A DNA stretch of 64,000 bases from contig NW_026933545.1 of assembly GCF_032062105.1 (NCBI RefSeq), positions 124,001-188,000 of the forward strand, written 5' to 3'. The notes beneath the pieces were generated by a model. It was given only the letters and a program-made list of their open reading frames with translations. It did not search any database and was not told the origin of the DNA. Shown here piece after piece: positions 11,455 to 25,917 of this stretch (position 1 is its first letter; each line of letters starts with the position of its first letter). The position numbers and the translations under genes are program-made. This DNA is from Saccostrea cucullata. Its lineage: Eukaryota.

Positions 11455-13260
11455 GAATGAAAGATATGGAGGTAACCAACATTATTCAATATTAAAGTCC
11501 ATAAAACAATACAAAATAGGAGCAGAGCAAACATGGACCTCCAAAACATCGGAGGTGGGATCAGCTGCCATGGAGGAGTGAGCATACCCTGCTGACCGGT
11601 CACATCCGCTGTGTTCTCCTTGTCATGATCGGGAAATAACGCAAAAATCCGACGTCAATTCAGGTATAAATAATGGACTAACAATTAGTATGGAAAACTA
11701 CAATCAGCATTTGACTCAACGATAAAACATATTTGCTGACAATGTCATTGTATCGATCATACAACTTACGAAATGATGACTTTAAACGAGAATGCTGATG
11801 TCCCTGTTTCACCAACTTGTTTGTCAATAACCTATCTCGTTTTAAAAATTGTTCATACGTAGAGCATGCTCTTGTGTATCGAATCAACTGAGATATATAA
11901 ACGCCGTATGTAGGTGATGAAGGTATATTGCTGCATACGTAAGTGAAGTTGACAATAGAAAAGTTAAAGACATCACGTTTATCATAGAGCTTGGTTGTTA
12001 GATAACCATTAATTAACGTCTTTTTTCAAGTAATATATCCAAATAGGAAATAGATTTGTCAGACTCTGTGGTATCTTTTATTTCAAGTTCACCAGGATAT
12101 ATCATATCGACATAAGAATGGAAATAACCATTGTTATTTGACAATACGTCGTCGATTTATCTAAATGTCGAGATGAAGGCCACAGCAAGTGTTTTCTTAT
12201 TTTCTTATTTTTCGCAAACTCTGCTTCATATGAGTACAAAAAAGGTCTACTAATAACGGAGCGCAATTAGTACCCAGGGAATCCCAATAGATTGTTGGAA
12301 GACCTGGTCACCAAAAATTATATAGAAAGTGTTAATCAGAAACTCCTTTTTATGTCAACTTCAGAGTATTTGTGTGTACAATCAGAATGTGTTTTAACAA
12401 AATAATTTTGTAAATGACCAATTATGAAAAGATGAGTAAATTTACAAGTTTCATTCTTTTGAAAAAGCAGTTGTCAATGATATCAAAGGCCTGGACTGTA
12501 TTGATCATGGGGAATGCTTGCTTATAAAGTTGAAAAGTCGTAAGTTTTTAAGCTGCTGATTTTGGTAAAAGATTTCAAAGAGTTCTTTGGAACTTTTAAA
12601 GTATTCACATCTGATTCACACCACTTCTTAAATATATTGTTGTACTGTACACTTGAAGCTTTTCCTTCACTACTGTCAATATCTTAGTGAGAAGTTAAGA
12701 AAGAGGCTTGGTTGAACATTTACTGGAACCCGCAATGTATCTTTGTTAAATATAAAGTTTTGGAATCCAATATATATATACGTATATATATGGTAGTTTA
12801 AAATAATATTGGTTCTTCGGGATATTAAAAATATTCGAAACCGATACATGATTTTGAAGATTTTTTTCCTTAGAAAGGGAACTTTGAGTATAAGTTGGAT
12901 TACCCTTGCAAATATTAAAAATCTCTCGCCAAACTCGATCTACTGTTTCAACAATGCGAGCAATAACTAAAGGGGTGCCGATTAGTCCAGGTGGTCACCT
13001 GACATTCCCTGAAGCATTCTGTTCATAGACGCTAAAATATTTTCCCGAGTCTTATATTCCTTACCATGCAAGATTTGTTTTATAACATGAACGGTCCATT
13101 TGTCAGAAATGACCAAATCTTGGAAAAAAGATGGTTGGATAAGGATATCCTTTCCAAGAGAGAAAAGGGTGACTATCCCAACTCGAGATCTCTGTCATAG
13201 GAACGTCTGATTAAACGTCTGAAAAGTCTATTGTCTTCATAAACCTTGTACAAATTATGA
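11455..13260 (-). mobile_element. Decayed Penelope-like retroelement (Naiad-like reverse transcriptase), frameshifted
   Basis: Minus-strand fragments read YWIPKL, RYIAGSSKCSTKPLS, TYDFSTL, GIP.GTNCAPLL, FR.IDDVLS and SQLIRYTRACSTYEQFLKR...KLVKQG. Confidence 0.8.
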
Positions 13261-13509
13261 TAAGATACTTTCAAGGAATTTCCAAGTTATACGTTAAACT
13301 TTACAGCCGTTCGTTGCTCGAATAAGATTAAGACAACCATTTTTCTCACAATGATGGATTACACTTCATATGCTATTTATAGAACATGTGCATGACAATA
13401 AGTGTTTTTGAAAATATAGAGATAATTCCCGAACTTTTTGGTCACCCCTCGTAATATATGAAATTCAAAATGTGTCCAATGGCCAATAAAAGTGGATCAT
13501 GCTTAGATA

Positions 13510-14250
13510 AACAAGAGGCCCAAGACCTTAACGGTCACCTAAGTATAATACAATATAGAGGATCATAAACTGATAAATGAAGCTATCACCATGAAGACTA
13601 GAATGAAAACAATAGTAATCTATATAGTTCGGTACTGCATGCCTTCCTAATCTCTAGAAATAATCTTTCTGTATGATATTATAAAAATAATTCTTGCCTA
13701 ATTCTATATTTTACTAAACCTTTCAAATACATGTACATTAGTTAATTAATTATCAATGACGAATAGCATAGAGGAATAACTTTTCTCAGGGGAATGCAAA
13801 GTAAAAGAGAGCTTATCAGCGCCAGAACACTTGAACAAATAGTCAAGGTTTCAACAATATAGACCCATGGACACAGTGGATAGGAAGGAACAAAAATCGC
13901 GTTTTGAAAAGATTGAATCTGTAGGTGGTCTCGACCTCCCTTTAAATTTAAACTAACTAAGAATGATAAAATAAGTCTTTGATTTACTGTGGCTTTTTTT
14001 CTATAAGTTTGAATTTTCATTTTGACCCCCCCCCCCACTTCCCCCGTTGGTCATGATTTGAACAAATTGAATCTATAAAACCCAAGATGCGTCCATATAA
14101 ATTTGATTCAGGGCTCTGGTGTTCTTAAGAAGATTTTTCCAATGTATTCATATATTAAAATTTTATCATCTATTATGGCCTCAGAATTAGCCCGGGGGTC
14201 AAGATTTCAATCAACTTGGATCTTCACAAACTTTTCAATAAAATTTTTGA
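13510..14250 (-). mobile_element. Degenerate HINE/Helitron-like fragment
   Basis: Begins 'aacaagaggcccaagaccttaacggtcaccta', like the reverse complement of the HINE 3' end. Decayed satellite units at ~14050-14230. Confidence 0.5.
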
Positions 14251-14349
14251 TAAACTTGTTATTTTGTGGATAGCTAATAGATATGAAAATTTCCAAAAAG
14301 TTGTCTCTAAAAATATGAAGATAATGAACATTATTCAAGCTCATGGTCC

Positions 14350-14915
14350 ATTTAAACAGTACAAATCGGGAGCAGACTAAACATGAACTTCTAAAACATC
14401 AGAGGAGGGATCAAGTGCCATGGAGAAGTATTTAATCCCTGTTGACTGGTCTTTGCTGCCATGTGTTCCCAGATAAATGGGAAAATCCACAAAAAGTACA
14501 TCTAAATAATGGCCTAATAATTAGCATGAAAAAAGTCAGCCATCATTTGACCTAATGAAAAGGTCATTATGTCGACCGTAGAACTTGCGAAAGGATGAGT
14601 TCAAACGAGACTTTTGTTATCCTTGTTTCATCAACTTGTTCGATAATAGTTTGCCTCGTTTTAAAAATTAATTGTACATAGAGCATACTTTCATGCTTTT
14701 GTGTATCGAATCAGCTGGGAGACAAAACCCCAAAGCATGTGATAAGGGTATATTGTTACATATGTAAGGGAAGTAAAAAGTTGAGGTCACCACGTTTAAT
14801 ATAAAGTTTTATTGTTAGATTACCACTTAAACGTCTTTTTCTAGGTAAACATCCAAATATAAAACAGATGCGTCAGACTCTACTGTGTCTTTTCTTTCAG
14901 GTTCACTAGGATATA
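14350..14915 (-). mobile_element. Penelope-like element 3' fragment (RT C-terminus plus 3' structured segment)
   Basis: Colinear with 11500-12100. Confidence 0.7.
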
Positions 14916-17555
14916 CCGGTACCGAATCGGCATATGCTAATATATTTTTTTCAGGGGCATACAAAGAAGTTTGGTAGAACAATTACTTATCCTTCTTTGT
15001 ACCTTTATTATGTTTTTTTGTGAAATTTTGGAATCAAAGACAGATTTAATATATATAAACCATGGAAACAAAAGCCAAGAATTGATTTATTTGAAATTTT
15101 GAATTGTTCAAATAGATCATTTAAAACTTTAAATGAACGTAGTCAAATGGCTAACTTTTTTATTTTGATGATGTAACTATGGGGCCATTGTTAATTGCAA
15201 AAGGCTTTCGCCATTGAAACAATATCTATATCTATGTCTTCTAACAGTATTGTTTTCTTTCTTTGAAGCAACTGCATAGTTTTTTTTACGACCACATTTT
15301 TGTTCTTTGTGGGTTGCTTAATTCATCCAGGCACCTGATCCCACCTCTGAGGTATCCTGGGTCCGTGTGTTATGTCCTGTTCACAGATTTGTATTGTTAA
15401 AGATCGATCAATGTTCCCTATCATTATCTTCACCCTTTTCGTTGGTAAACGCAGTGAATCCTGATCTCCAGTCTATCAATATAATATGTTGTTATTTATG
15501 GGTACTGTATTTGTTTTTCTGTTGTCCTCTCTATGCATAAAAATTACAACAAAACGTTATCTGCTAATACGGATTAGAAGAATCAATTATTGTCGTTTCT
15601 CCTCTTATCTTGAAAGTCGTGCCTATCTTCTTTTACCTGGTTTCTCTTCTTTATAAATTCCTGCTCATCTCATGAGTGCATTTTTCGAATAAAATACTGA
15701 CAAAACATTGATTCCCTTTCCGTGTGACTGTTTATTTGTGTTATCTTTTATTTAAGCAGCAATCTCAACTTTATTTATTCTTTCATAAATTATCACTAAT
15801 AAGGCTCCCATTGTACTGCGCATGCTCAATGACAACGGCTCCAGAATCTTAGATCAGACTGATACCATTGTGAAGTTTCTATAAAATATATATCTAGGTC
15901 TTTCTTTTTTTAACTCTAGAAAATGCAGCAGTATTTTTTTCTTGTTTCAGTGAATAACACGTGGAGTAATGAAACAAGTTTGCAATAATCACTTCGATCC
16001 CTAAACGAAGTCTAACATGATTGAGTGAAAGAGGAAAATGTTTAGTTTTTGAATTTGAAATTTTTTTTTACAATTTCACTTTTTTTCAATATATCATTTA
16101 TTTGACCATTTCCAATTCATTGTTAATACATATGGACCAGTTTGGCCAAAAAATCAGATACAAAATATATTAATCTAAGTTTTTTAAAGTTTTTTTTTTC
16201 AAAAGCGATGTACAGCATTACCAGGCATCATATAATTACTTAAAAGTACTTCAATTTTTGAAACTCTTAAAATATGAAGGAAAAAAAAAATCAAGCTCAA
16301 AACTTATGTCCTTAATGATATCATTTGAAGACAGGAAATTTCCTTTGAATTAATGATAAAGGCCCTTGTGGAACCAATTCATTTTTTGGGGGGAGGTATT
16401 AGATAGGTGACACATGTTATAAAATTTTCACATTACAAGTATAGACTGAAATATTGATTTTAATTTTTTATCCTATGATCCCAATAAGTCATGTAAGAAT
16501 CAATTTAAGCAAATGAAAGTGAATTTTCCACATCAACCGAGTTGAAGACTGAAAAGTGTATATATACATAGACAGAATAAGGATGTGTAGACAAATATAT
16601 TATGTAATAGTCCGGTGTTGCAAAGGACTGGGATTTGCTGACGAAAGTTTGGAGATAAGATTCCAATTCAACAGTTCGGGAGTCGGGCAACGAGTACATT
16701 AGGTTTACTTTACACCCCCATGGTTGTCAGAATTTTATCTAGAGGTATTTTTGATTAAGGTATATTAATTATTTTTTCGAGTTTTTACATTTAAAGCGAA
16801 AAATAAAACCTTAATTATTTAACCATTTTCTATTTTTGAAGAATTATATCTCTTTTTTCCCTTTTTTTCAAAGTATTTTTCTGGATAATCTGTTATTAAA
16901 GTTTTTGGCCAAAAGATATCAATGATTGAAGAAAAATCGATTCATTGCTATTATACTAATCTGTTTTTTTTTCCTTAAAAGAAAATTACACCTGAACTGC
17001 GCACTCTTAAAAACTTACGAAATTTTCAGTTGCTACACTGTGATAAAATTGAACCGATTAATCAATCAATTTCTATCTGAAAAAAAAGAATGTCAAAATC
17101 TTGGGCTGTTTTAAGAAACCTCAGATATACTTTTTATAAAGGTGAACATTTTTATCAGTGGTTTGATATAGTCTTAAGGGTACATAGACAAAAACTCAAA
17201 TAGGGTTCAAGAAAATTAATAACAAAAACAGCAAGGCTTCCAAAAATTTAATTTTGGCAACCCCTTTCTATTTCTGCTTAAGATTTTAAAACTATTATCT
17301 TTACATTAAATCAGGTTGTCAACAAAGATGAAAATACAGGTGCCTGATAAAATACCTTGCACTCTGTGGAAATATCTAAGGATAAACCCATGGGTCTAGA
17401 GCAACGAGTCCAAACTATCTGAGTCGCACCTTTCAGTTTATTTACTGTTGGTTGTCACTGAATGGATTTCCTTCTAAAGTATTAATCAGATTCTAGTGAG
17501 GTAAACACAGTAAGCCCTTCGATGTTTTCACGATGAAACAGTACTTAGTGATACC

Positions 17556-20500
17556 ATGAAGAGTAAAATGAAACAGATGAGGACTAATTTCGTAGTTTGT
17601 GTCATTCTTGTCTCAGCACTACTTGCGATTCATGTATGGAATTCTAGCAACCTATCTGGATCGGAGAAAACTACGCAGAATCTATACAAATTCATCGCAA
17701 GCAATTTGAAATATGACAGAAATGGAACTTTGACTGTATATGGACAATTTCAAAACCGTTTAAGTTCCAGTGACATGTTGGAAATAAATAATATTTCTAT
17801 GATCATCAAAGAGATAATAAGTGATTACGAAGAGCAAAAAGCTACACAAAGAGAGCGACTGCGAAAGCACAGGGAACAGTTTAGTGCTAGTGTTGGAACA
17901 AATACATCCCTTGTCTCCTATTCGCCATTATACAAGAGATCAGAGACAAACTCAACCCTAAGGAAAAATTTAATATCGCAAAATTATTTTACTAAAAATC
18001 GTCCAATTAAAAATGTAAACTGCGGTTTACTTTTTGAAGGTAACGCCAAGGAGGTGGAAAAAGCCAAGCGTTTAAGCAAAGCTATTTCTTTCCAAACAAG
18101 GAGCAAGACTTTTGTTAATCAGACAAGGGACTGTGAAAAATTTATAAAAAGCAAAGGATATATAATGGATTCATTAACAGACGAAGAACAAAATTTTCCT
18201 ATCGCATACAGCATCATGGCTTATAAAAGTCCAGAACAATTTGAAATGTTATTCAGGGCGATATACCGTCCCCAAAATGTTTACTGTCTGCATATAGACA
18301 AGAAAACCCCCAACAGTATTTTTGAGGAGTTTTCAAGTATCATAAAATGTTTTCCAAATGCATTTTTAGCTTCCAAGCGGATATTGGTGAATTGGGGGTA
18401 TATGAGTGTGCTGACCCAAGAATTAGTTTGTATGGAGGACTTGTTAAAATATAAAAAGTGGAAGTATTTTATTAATTTGACAGGACAGGAATTTCCTCTC
18501 CGTACAAATTATGAAATTGTGAAGATACTCAAAATCTACAATGGTGCGAATGATCTTGAGTCCACCATTAAAAGGTAATTGACTTTTTTCAATAATATAA
18601 AACATTGGTAAAAATTCCATGCGATAATTTGTTATTGGAGTATACATGAAATTTGGTATAGTTAAACTTGTAACGATCGATATAAATAATTTTTATAAGT
18701 TTAACTAGATAAAATCTAAACTTTTAAATTTTAACCTTGAATTGTAAATTCTGTAAACAATACGAAATGTGTGAGCAAAGCAAAAACACAGATATACCCC
18801 AAGAAACACCCAGTGTGGGATCAGATGCCATAAAGAAATAAAGAACTCCAAATTGAAGTCGGAATTAAAAACATAATTATATAGGAAGTTAAATATTTTT
18901 AAAAAATGCGAATATGCTGATAGTTTGCTGAATATTATTATTCTTGCAGAGTAGATAGAAATGAATGTGCCTTCCTAACTACGTTTTTTTAAAAACTAAA
19001 ATCACGAAGAGTATCAACACAAAATTGAGTTAATCATGAAGCAAAATTTTTATGAGAAAAAAAAGGGAAAACAGCACTAAGAATAGTTCTTCATACGAAT
19101 ACGGTATACTTCATTAAAAAAATATTCAGTTGCTTTGATACTAATATAGATGTAAGTATAATTAATGTTAGATAAATCCAACAAATTATCAAATGTTTAT
19201 GAGAAAATCTTGTTCTCTGTGGGGGAGGCTGAAAGGTGATCAAGTGTTGCAAATGTCCACCCGACTTCCAAAGTTACGCAGAGATAATGGAATGTACAGA
19301 CTATTATAATATTGACTTTTCATTTTTATTACACATCAGTATAATTTGAGATAGAATTTACATGAAATGATTTGCTTCACATAAACACTGTGTTTAATTT
19401 AATTGAATTGCCTTACTCTTATAATTAATAATTTTTTTTATAACCAAACAAAAACAATTAGGTAGAAAATATTGAGATATCTGTATCCTACATCACATGA
19501 AATAACCTACATAAATAAAAGAGTACTTTATTGTTCAGCACTAAGGAGTGTCATATTGACAAATATTATTATCTTTTTTTCTATTTTATAAATTTTAATG
19601 CCCATGCTGTCAATATCTTTCATTCAAACTTATACCCGATAAAAAGGTCCCTGTATACCTCAATATTTAATGGACAACTCTTTATAATACATTTCATGTT
19701 CATCGTCAAACCCATGGGATTTCTCTCTGTCACCACGATTGAGTTCTGACGACGTCTCGTACTGGATACTCGTCACGGTTGCTCCGCCGCTCGGTCAGTC
19801 GGAAAGTCAAGGGTTCATGCCCCAGACGCGAAAAATCCAAAATCGATATGTAGGAACTGTTCTTTCGCCTGATGATAGGGACTTTGAGGTGAAAGCTGGG
19901 GGTCTTTTTCATGAAACTGAAGTCCCTTGTTGCGGAAGGCGTGAGCATGATTATTAGAACCTGAACTGCCCAATGCCTCTTAGTGCCAACTAAAAGTCTA
20001 AACTTGAAGCCATTCGCAAAAATCTTTTATCAGTCTTGTACGAGTAAAATACACTGTAGTCGTAAACTACCTGTATAACAGCAAGCCAATTGCACCCTCT
20101 TTGAAACAAAGACATAAACACGTGACTTTGTTTTAACGAAATAAGGATTCAGTTTATATTAGTAAACCTATTTTATGTTGGAAGGTTTCTTAATGCCGAG
20201 GAACTAAATTGTCTAATAAACTTTTAGAGATACATGTAACAATATGGATAAAGTTTGTTCTTTTACAGAGCCAACAAAGTTCGCTGGTTAGCTGCGGGAA
20301 CACCTCCAAACCAGATTCGACCTGTCAAGGGATCGGTTCACATCACAGTGAACAGGAAGTTTGTGGAATACGTCGTAAATAATCCTGTTGCAAAAGATTT
20401 CTTAAACTGGACAAGGAGAGTAGCAGTGCCAGACGAGACATTCTTTGCTTCTCTGAACCACAACCCTCAACTACAAATCCCTGGAAGTTACAAAGGTACC

Positions 20501-21186
20501 TGTGTTTATGTGCATAGAGAACTTCCGGTGTTCTAGAATACTGTAGTGAGACATCCTCCTGAAAGTCTTACTTTAAAGAGAGACTGGAACACCGATCCAA
20601 TTTCTGTGCTCTTTTGTCTCTAAAAAGCCTTGTTCCATAAATCATGACCTCTGAAACTTGCTCTCTATCTAAAAAAAAATCTATTCTAATTTGGTCATAT
20701 TTGGCATTTGAAAAATAGTATGTAGACGCATAAATCAAGATTTATACTATATTTGGTCCAATGTAGAAAGCAATTTAATATTTATCTGGAAGATCTCGTT
20801 CAGTGTACATATGATTTCAACAGTGTTAGAGATAGCCAAATTCAGATTTTGTGACACATTTTTATTTTTTAACAGGTGAACCAGAGACAGATCGATTTGA
20901 TAAGCCCTTTCTAACGCGCTTTAAGAACTGGGGCACGGGGGTCTTTAACTGGCCGTGTCATGGACGTCGTGTCAGACAAATCTGTATCTTCGGAATCGGC
21001 GATCTTCCTCTTCTGGCACGAAGACCAGAATTCTTTGCCAACAAATTCTACCTGTACTATCAGACTTACGCCTTGCAGTGCATGGAAGAGCTACATTACA
21101 ACAGAACAAGAGACGTGTATCACCAACAGCTTGAATTTCAAGCAGATTATTATGAGAATTTGGAATTTATCAAACACGTAGTGTAA
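17556..21186 (+). CDS. Core-2/I-branching beta-1,6-N-acetylglucosaminyltransferase (GT14, GCNT-like), copy 1. Exons 17556-18574, 20269-20495, 20876-21186 (~518 aa)
   Basis: N-terminal signal-anchor. Motifs EEQNFPIAYSI, LFRAIYRPQNVYCLHIDKK, WKYFINLTGQEFPLRTN, PDETFF, ICIFGIGDL and FANKF. GT-AG junctions keep frame. Confidence 0.92.
19775..20060 (+). mobile_element. Degenerate tRNA-derived SINE in intron 1 of GT14 copy 1
   Basis: B-box-like 'ggttcatgccc' and similarity to 3098-3412. Confidence 0.4.
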
Positions 21187-21384
21187 AATTAAACTTGTAT
21201 GGAAATGCTTCATTTGCCATTTGGTTTTATCATATTTGTGTACCATCAGAAAACTTCCCCAAGCTTTAAAATCTTAGGAAATAAGGAAGTAAATAGATGC
21301 ACATACGGAAACATTTGTGATATTTGGGAAAAAAATTCTGGCAATTACACAATAATTTGGAACCATAGAGAATATTTAACTGGA

Positions 21385-21968
21385 TAACAAATAAAATATG
21401 TTTGAGAAACACTGATGCCACCATATAGCAGCTTATGGCAAGGGTTGAAGGTGCTCAAATACATTATGTCAAAATCCAAAGGTCATGATCATGGTCAAAA
21501 CGTACAAAAAATTCGCAAAGGAAGGCCTTTTCACAAGGAAGACACCTGTGAAATATACAAGCCCTATAGTTCTAACTGTTCAAAATCGTAGTCAAGGTTA
21601 AAGCTTATAAAAAGTAGGTCACACTCTAAGGTCAAAGGCTCAAAATATTTATATTCACTGAAAGGCCCTGTCACAATGAATACACAAGTGAAGTTTGAAA
21701 GCCTTGTCACCACTGTTCAGAAGTTATGACTAAGGTTAAAGTGCGATTTTGTTTTTTATAAAAGTTGGTCAAATTCCAAGGTCAAGAGTTTAAATTTGGT
21801 GGTACCCAAAGAAAGGTTTTTTCACAAGGAATATACTTGTGAAATATGAAAGCCATAGCCCCACCCACTCAAAGGTTATGAGCAAGGTAAAGTTTTTGCG
21901 GACAAACAGACAGACGGAGGGAAAGGGCGAAAACTATGTACCCCTGAATCTTCGATTACGGAGGCTCA
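21385..21968 (-). mobile_element. HINE-like element with 'ggtcaaggtcaa/aaagttatg' repeats
   Basis: Tandem ~140-150-bp units, a 'gacaaacagacagacgg' microsatellite and a terminal hairpin. Related elements lie at 51288-51935 and 53243-53810. Confidence 0.6.
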
Positions 21969-22923
21969 AGAAAAAGAATTTTGAAGAGTGATATGTTTAA
22001 TAGTTCAGTATAATCACGAAAAACAAAACGTGTCTTTTAAACATAAATGCTTCTAATTAACCATGTTCCTTCATTGCAGAGTAAGAACTTTGTACTCCGG
22101 TAATTATTTATGAAGATTCGGCATCTTCGGGGGAGATTCGGGGGCATTTAGTTTTTCGTCTGTCTTTCTGTTTGTCCGCAAAAAAACTTAATCAAAAAGG
22201 TGCTTTAATGCATCCTTTTATGTGATTTTCAAACGACAAACATTTGGGGGAAAATGTACTTTTCGCCTGTATATGTACCGTGTTGTCTTTTGAACTAAAA
22301 TTCGATAACAGTACACAGTGTGAAAGAAATCTACATTTATATTGAATTAATGACCAGAGGCAGGTTGATTGTTGTCCAGTGAAGCAAATTATTTATTTAA
22401 TGAAGGTGGTAAAATTTGATTTTACAAGACTGTGTCCTGTAAGTCAGTGATATGAAGAACATACTATTAGTCTCTCGGAACGACACTCTTGAGGCCCATA
22501 GAAAAATGTGAACTCCGGAAAACTTTAACTTCGAAATACAAATTTTTGTTAGGAATAATAGTGAAATACATGTACACTATTAGATTACATGCACCCAATG
22601 AGAAAGAAGCAGTCATCCAAAACATTCCTTCAGGACAATATCCCTTAATAATTGTTCCTTGATAAAGATTCTATGAGAAAAAATCATACTGTGGAAAAAA
22701 GTTCGGTTCACTTTGCCTTTCAAGCATTCAATTTGGATATTTATACAAAAAATGATTATAATCCACGAAGATTTACTCTTAAATTTTATTTTTGGTGTTT
22801 CCCTATTGAAAAACAAGGTACATTTCTACAGCCTAAAATCACAGTCCGAATCGGTTATGGGCAACTAGAAAATGAACACTATGGAATATCACACAAAGTG
22901 GTCCTCTTGAATTAAAAGCCGAG

Positions 22924-25497
22924 ATGAAAAGGTTGTTTCGACTGAAAGTGGCCTTTTTCTTGGTTTTTATCTTTTGTTCGTCTCTTGTTTTCCTTCTCAT
23001 CTGCACATTTTCTGGTGTTTCTACAAATCCAAAGCAAGTGTTCTGGACATTCATTGCGACGAATATAACCTACAACCATAACGGAAGTCTCACTATTTTT
23101 GGGAGTTCCAGGAACGTAAAGGATTTTCTGTTTGTGTTGGAAATGAAAAACATAACGCAAATTTCAAATGAAATATTAAAGGAGTTCGAAGAGAGAACAT
23201 CCCAAAACGACAACAAGCTGCAAGAAATGGTGGAAAAGTTTGATTATGGGTATGACCCAACGTTCGTTTCCTATTCTCCTCTATACCGTTCAACAGAATT
23301 GGGGGAATTTGAGGAAAAAGAAAGGCATATACATCCAAACAATAGGCATGTTCAGGAGGTAAATTGTAGGTTGTTATTCGAAGGAAATGAAAAAGAAATT
23401 ACCAAAGCTAGGAATTGGAATCCAAACGAACAACAAATACTCGGAGAGCGTATTGTTTCTCAAACGAAGAATTGTAATAAATTCATAGAAAACAGAGGAT
23501 ATATAATGCATTCTTTGTCGGAAGAGGAGAAAAATTTCCCAATTGCTTACGGTATTATGGTTTACAAAAGTCCAGAACAATTTGAAATTTTGTTGAGAGC
23601 TATATATCGTCCGCAAAATGTTTACTGTGTTCACGTAGACAGGAAAACTAGCGAAAGTGTTTTTCAAGACTTTGCAAGTATAGTAAATTGTTTTCCCAAC
23701 GTTTTCCTTTCGTCTCAACGAGTAGTCGTGAGTTGGGGGAAAATGGGAGTTTTGCTGTCACAAATAACTTGTATGATAGATTTATTGAAGCTGGGTAAAT
23801 GGAAATATTTTATTAATCTAACGGGTCAGGAATTTCCTCTCCGAACCAACTATGAACTGGTAAAGATATTAAAGATTTACAACGGATTTAATGATATAGA
23901 GGGCGTGATTGACAGGTAGGTTCTATACTGTTCTGATTTCAAGTGAACTCTAAATGCACCCTGCTAATGTACTTTAGAAAGTGTCAAGGTGTTTTTTCCT
24001 ATTAAAAAGAGATACATTTATAGATATTTGAGTAGTAAAGAACGACCTTCATACAGATTTTATCGTCTAAAGCTTTAATGATAAATAACAAAACATTTTT
24101 ATGTACTATAATATAGTAAATCATTCATATTCTCTCATATTTTATATCTAATAATGGATTTTTTTTAAAAAGATATTGTCATAAAGTTAAAAAGTTTTTC
24201 AAAGTTTTGTATGGAAAAAAGCGACATAAGTCTCATCTTAGCACCTAAGAAACCTTGAGATTTCTTTTAATTTTTGGATCTATTATTTATGCCAATTCTA
24301 ATCAAAATATGTCAAAAAATATAAATCATTCCATGCATCAATTTTTTTGTTTGTGCTAAGTATCCTTAATAATAAAAAAAATAAAATTTAGAACTAGTAT
24401 GTGTATCATTAATTTACTCATAGACTACTAGACTTTATGACAATATACTCCTTTACTACGATATGGCAATAAAAATGAAAGATAAACAAATTCTATTGTA
24501 CCATATGGGACCAAGTGTGTGGGGATCAAATTCCCATGTAAAAAAAATGAAATAACAGATTAATCAAAATGTTTTTAAGTGAAAAAAATACCATTTCTTT
24601 GGGAATATTTTATAATTAGAAAGAAGACAAATCGTTGGGCATGGGCAGGATGGCCCCCACATCAAATTCGCCCCGTGAAAGGATCAGTGCTAATCACAGC
24701 TAGCAGGGAATTCATTCAGCATGTGATCAGGAGTAGAGTGACCTTAGATTTTTTAAAGTGGCTAAGACAAACTTCTGTACCGGATGAGACATTCTTTTCC
24801 TCACTGAACCATAATCCTCAGCTGGGAATACCCGGAAGTTACAAGGGTAAGCGGCGTAACTCTATGCCATTATCATTCCTTTGAAATGGATTGAAAATTC
24901 TCTTCTATTCATCATATAAAAACTTCTGATTTTCCAGAAGAAATCTGAATTCCTACCATTCTTAAGAACCTTTTTTCAAGAGAGTTCCGATTTTGTGGTA
25001 AATTCATGCAGATTGCTATGTAGATTTGAAAAGTATAGTCATATTGCTTTTCCAATGAAGAACATGCGTTTGCATGAGGAAAATTACAACCTTACGGAAG
25101 ATATTTTCTGTTTATGCTCTTGAATGCCATTATATTTTGTTTTACGCATGCGCAATCTATAATTTTTTAACACGTCTTTTTTTCTTTAGGAAAACCACAA
25201 AAAGATCCAGTCTTTAAACCGTTTCTGACCCGATTCGTCAACTGGTATGGTAGTGAATTCCCGTGTGGAGGGGAATATGTGACCGATGTCTGCATCCTCG
25301 GAATAACCGATCTTCCTCTCCTGGCGAGGCGGCCTGAGCTGTTTGCCAACAAATTCTACATAAACAATCAACCTCATACATTAAGGTGTTTGGAGGAGTT
25401 GCATTTTAATAGAACTAGGGATGAATATTTTGGGAAACTTCACTTTCAGACTGATTATTATGAAAGTTTAAAATTTATCAAAAATATTGTAAAATGA
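22924..25497 (+). CDS. Core-2/I-branching beta-1,6-N-acetylglucosaminyltransferase (GT14, GCNT-like), copy 2. Exons 22924-23915, 24620-24846, 25190-25497 (~508 aa)
   Basis: Same motifs and identical intron positions and phases as copy 1. The middle exon is 227 bp in both. Confidence 0.92.
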
Positions 25498-25917
25498 CTT
25501 TTAATTTTTTTTTTTCGTCACCTGAAAATGTTAAGTTTGTCACAATATTTTGTTAACATATCCAAATATTTGCGTATTATTTACTCACAAATACTGGCAT
25601 ATTCATGGCATTCTTCTTTTTGATGATTGGATACATGCATTTTAATATATGGAAAAACGATGTACAAAGATTTTTTTTAATCGTAAGATATCTTAGGGTA
25701 GTCTTCTTCAGTGGGTATCAGGTTTTATTGAGATAAGTTAAAAACTCATTATACAATTTAAAAATAACCTTGGTTCTTCACTTATGCCAATAAATATGAC
25801 GAAAGAAGTAACCAAGGATATATTTTATTGAAACTATTATTCTGTATAATACACGCAGAAAACAATTCCAGAGAAACGTGACATCAGTGTGTTGATTGTT
25901 CATGCAGGTTGTCATTT

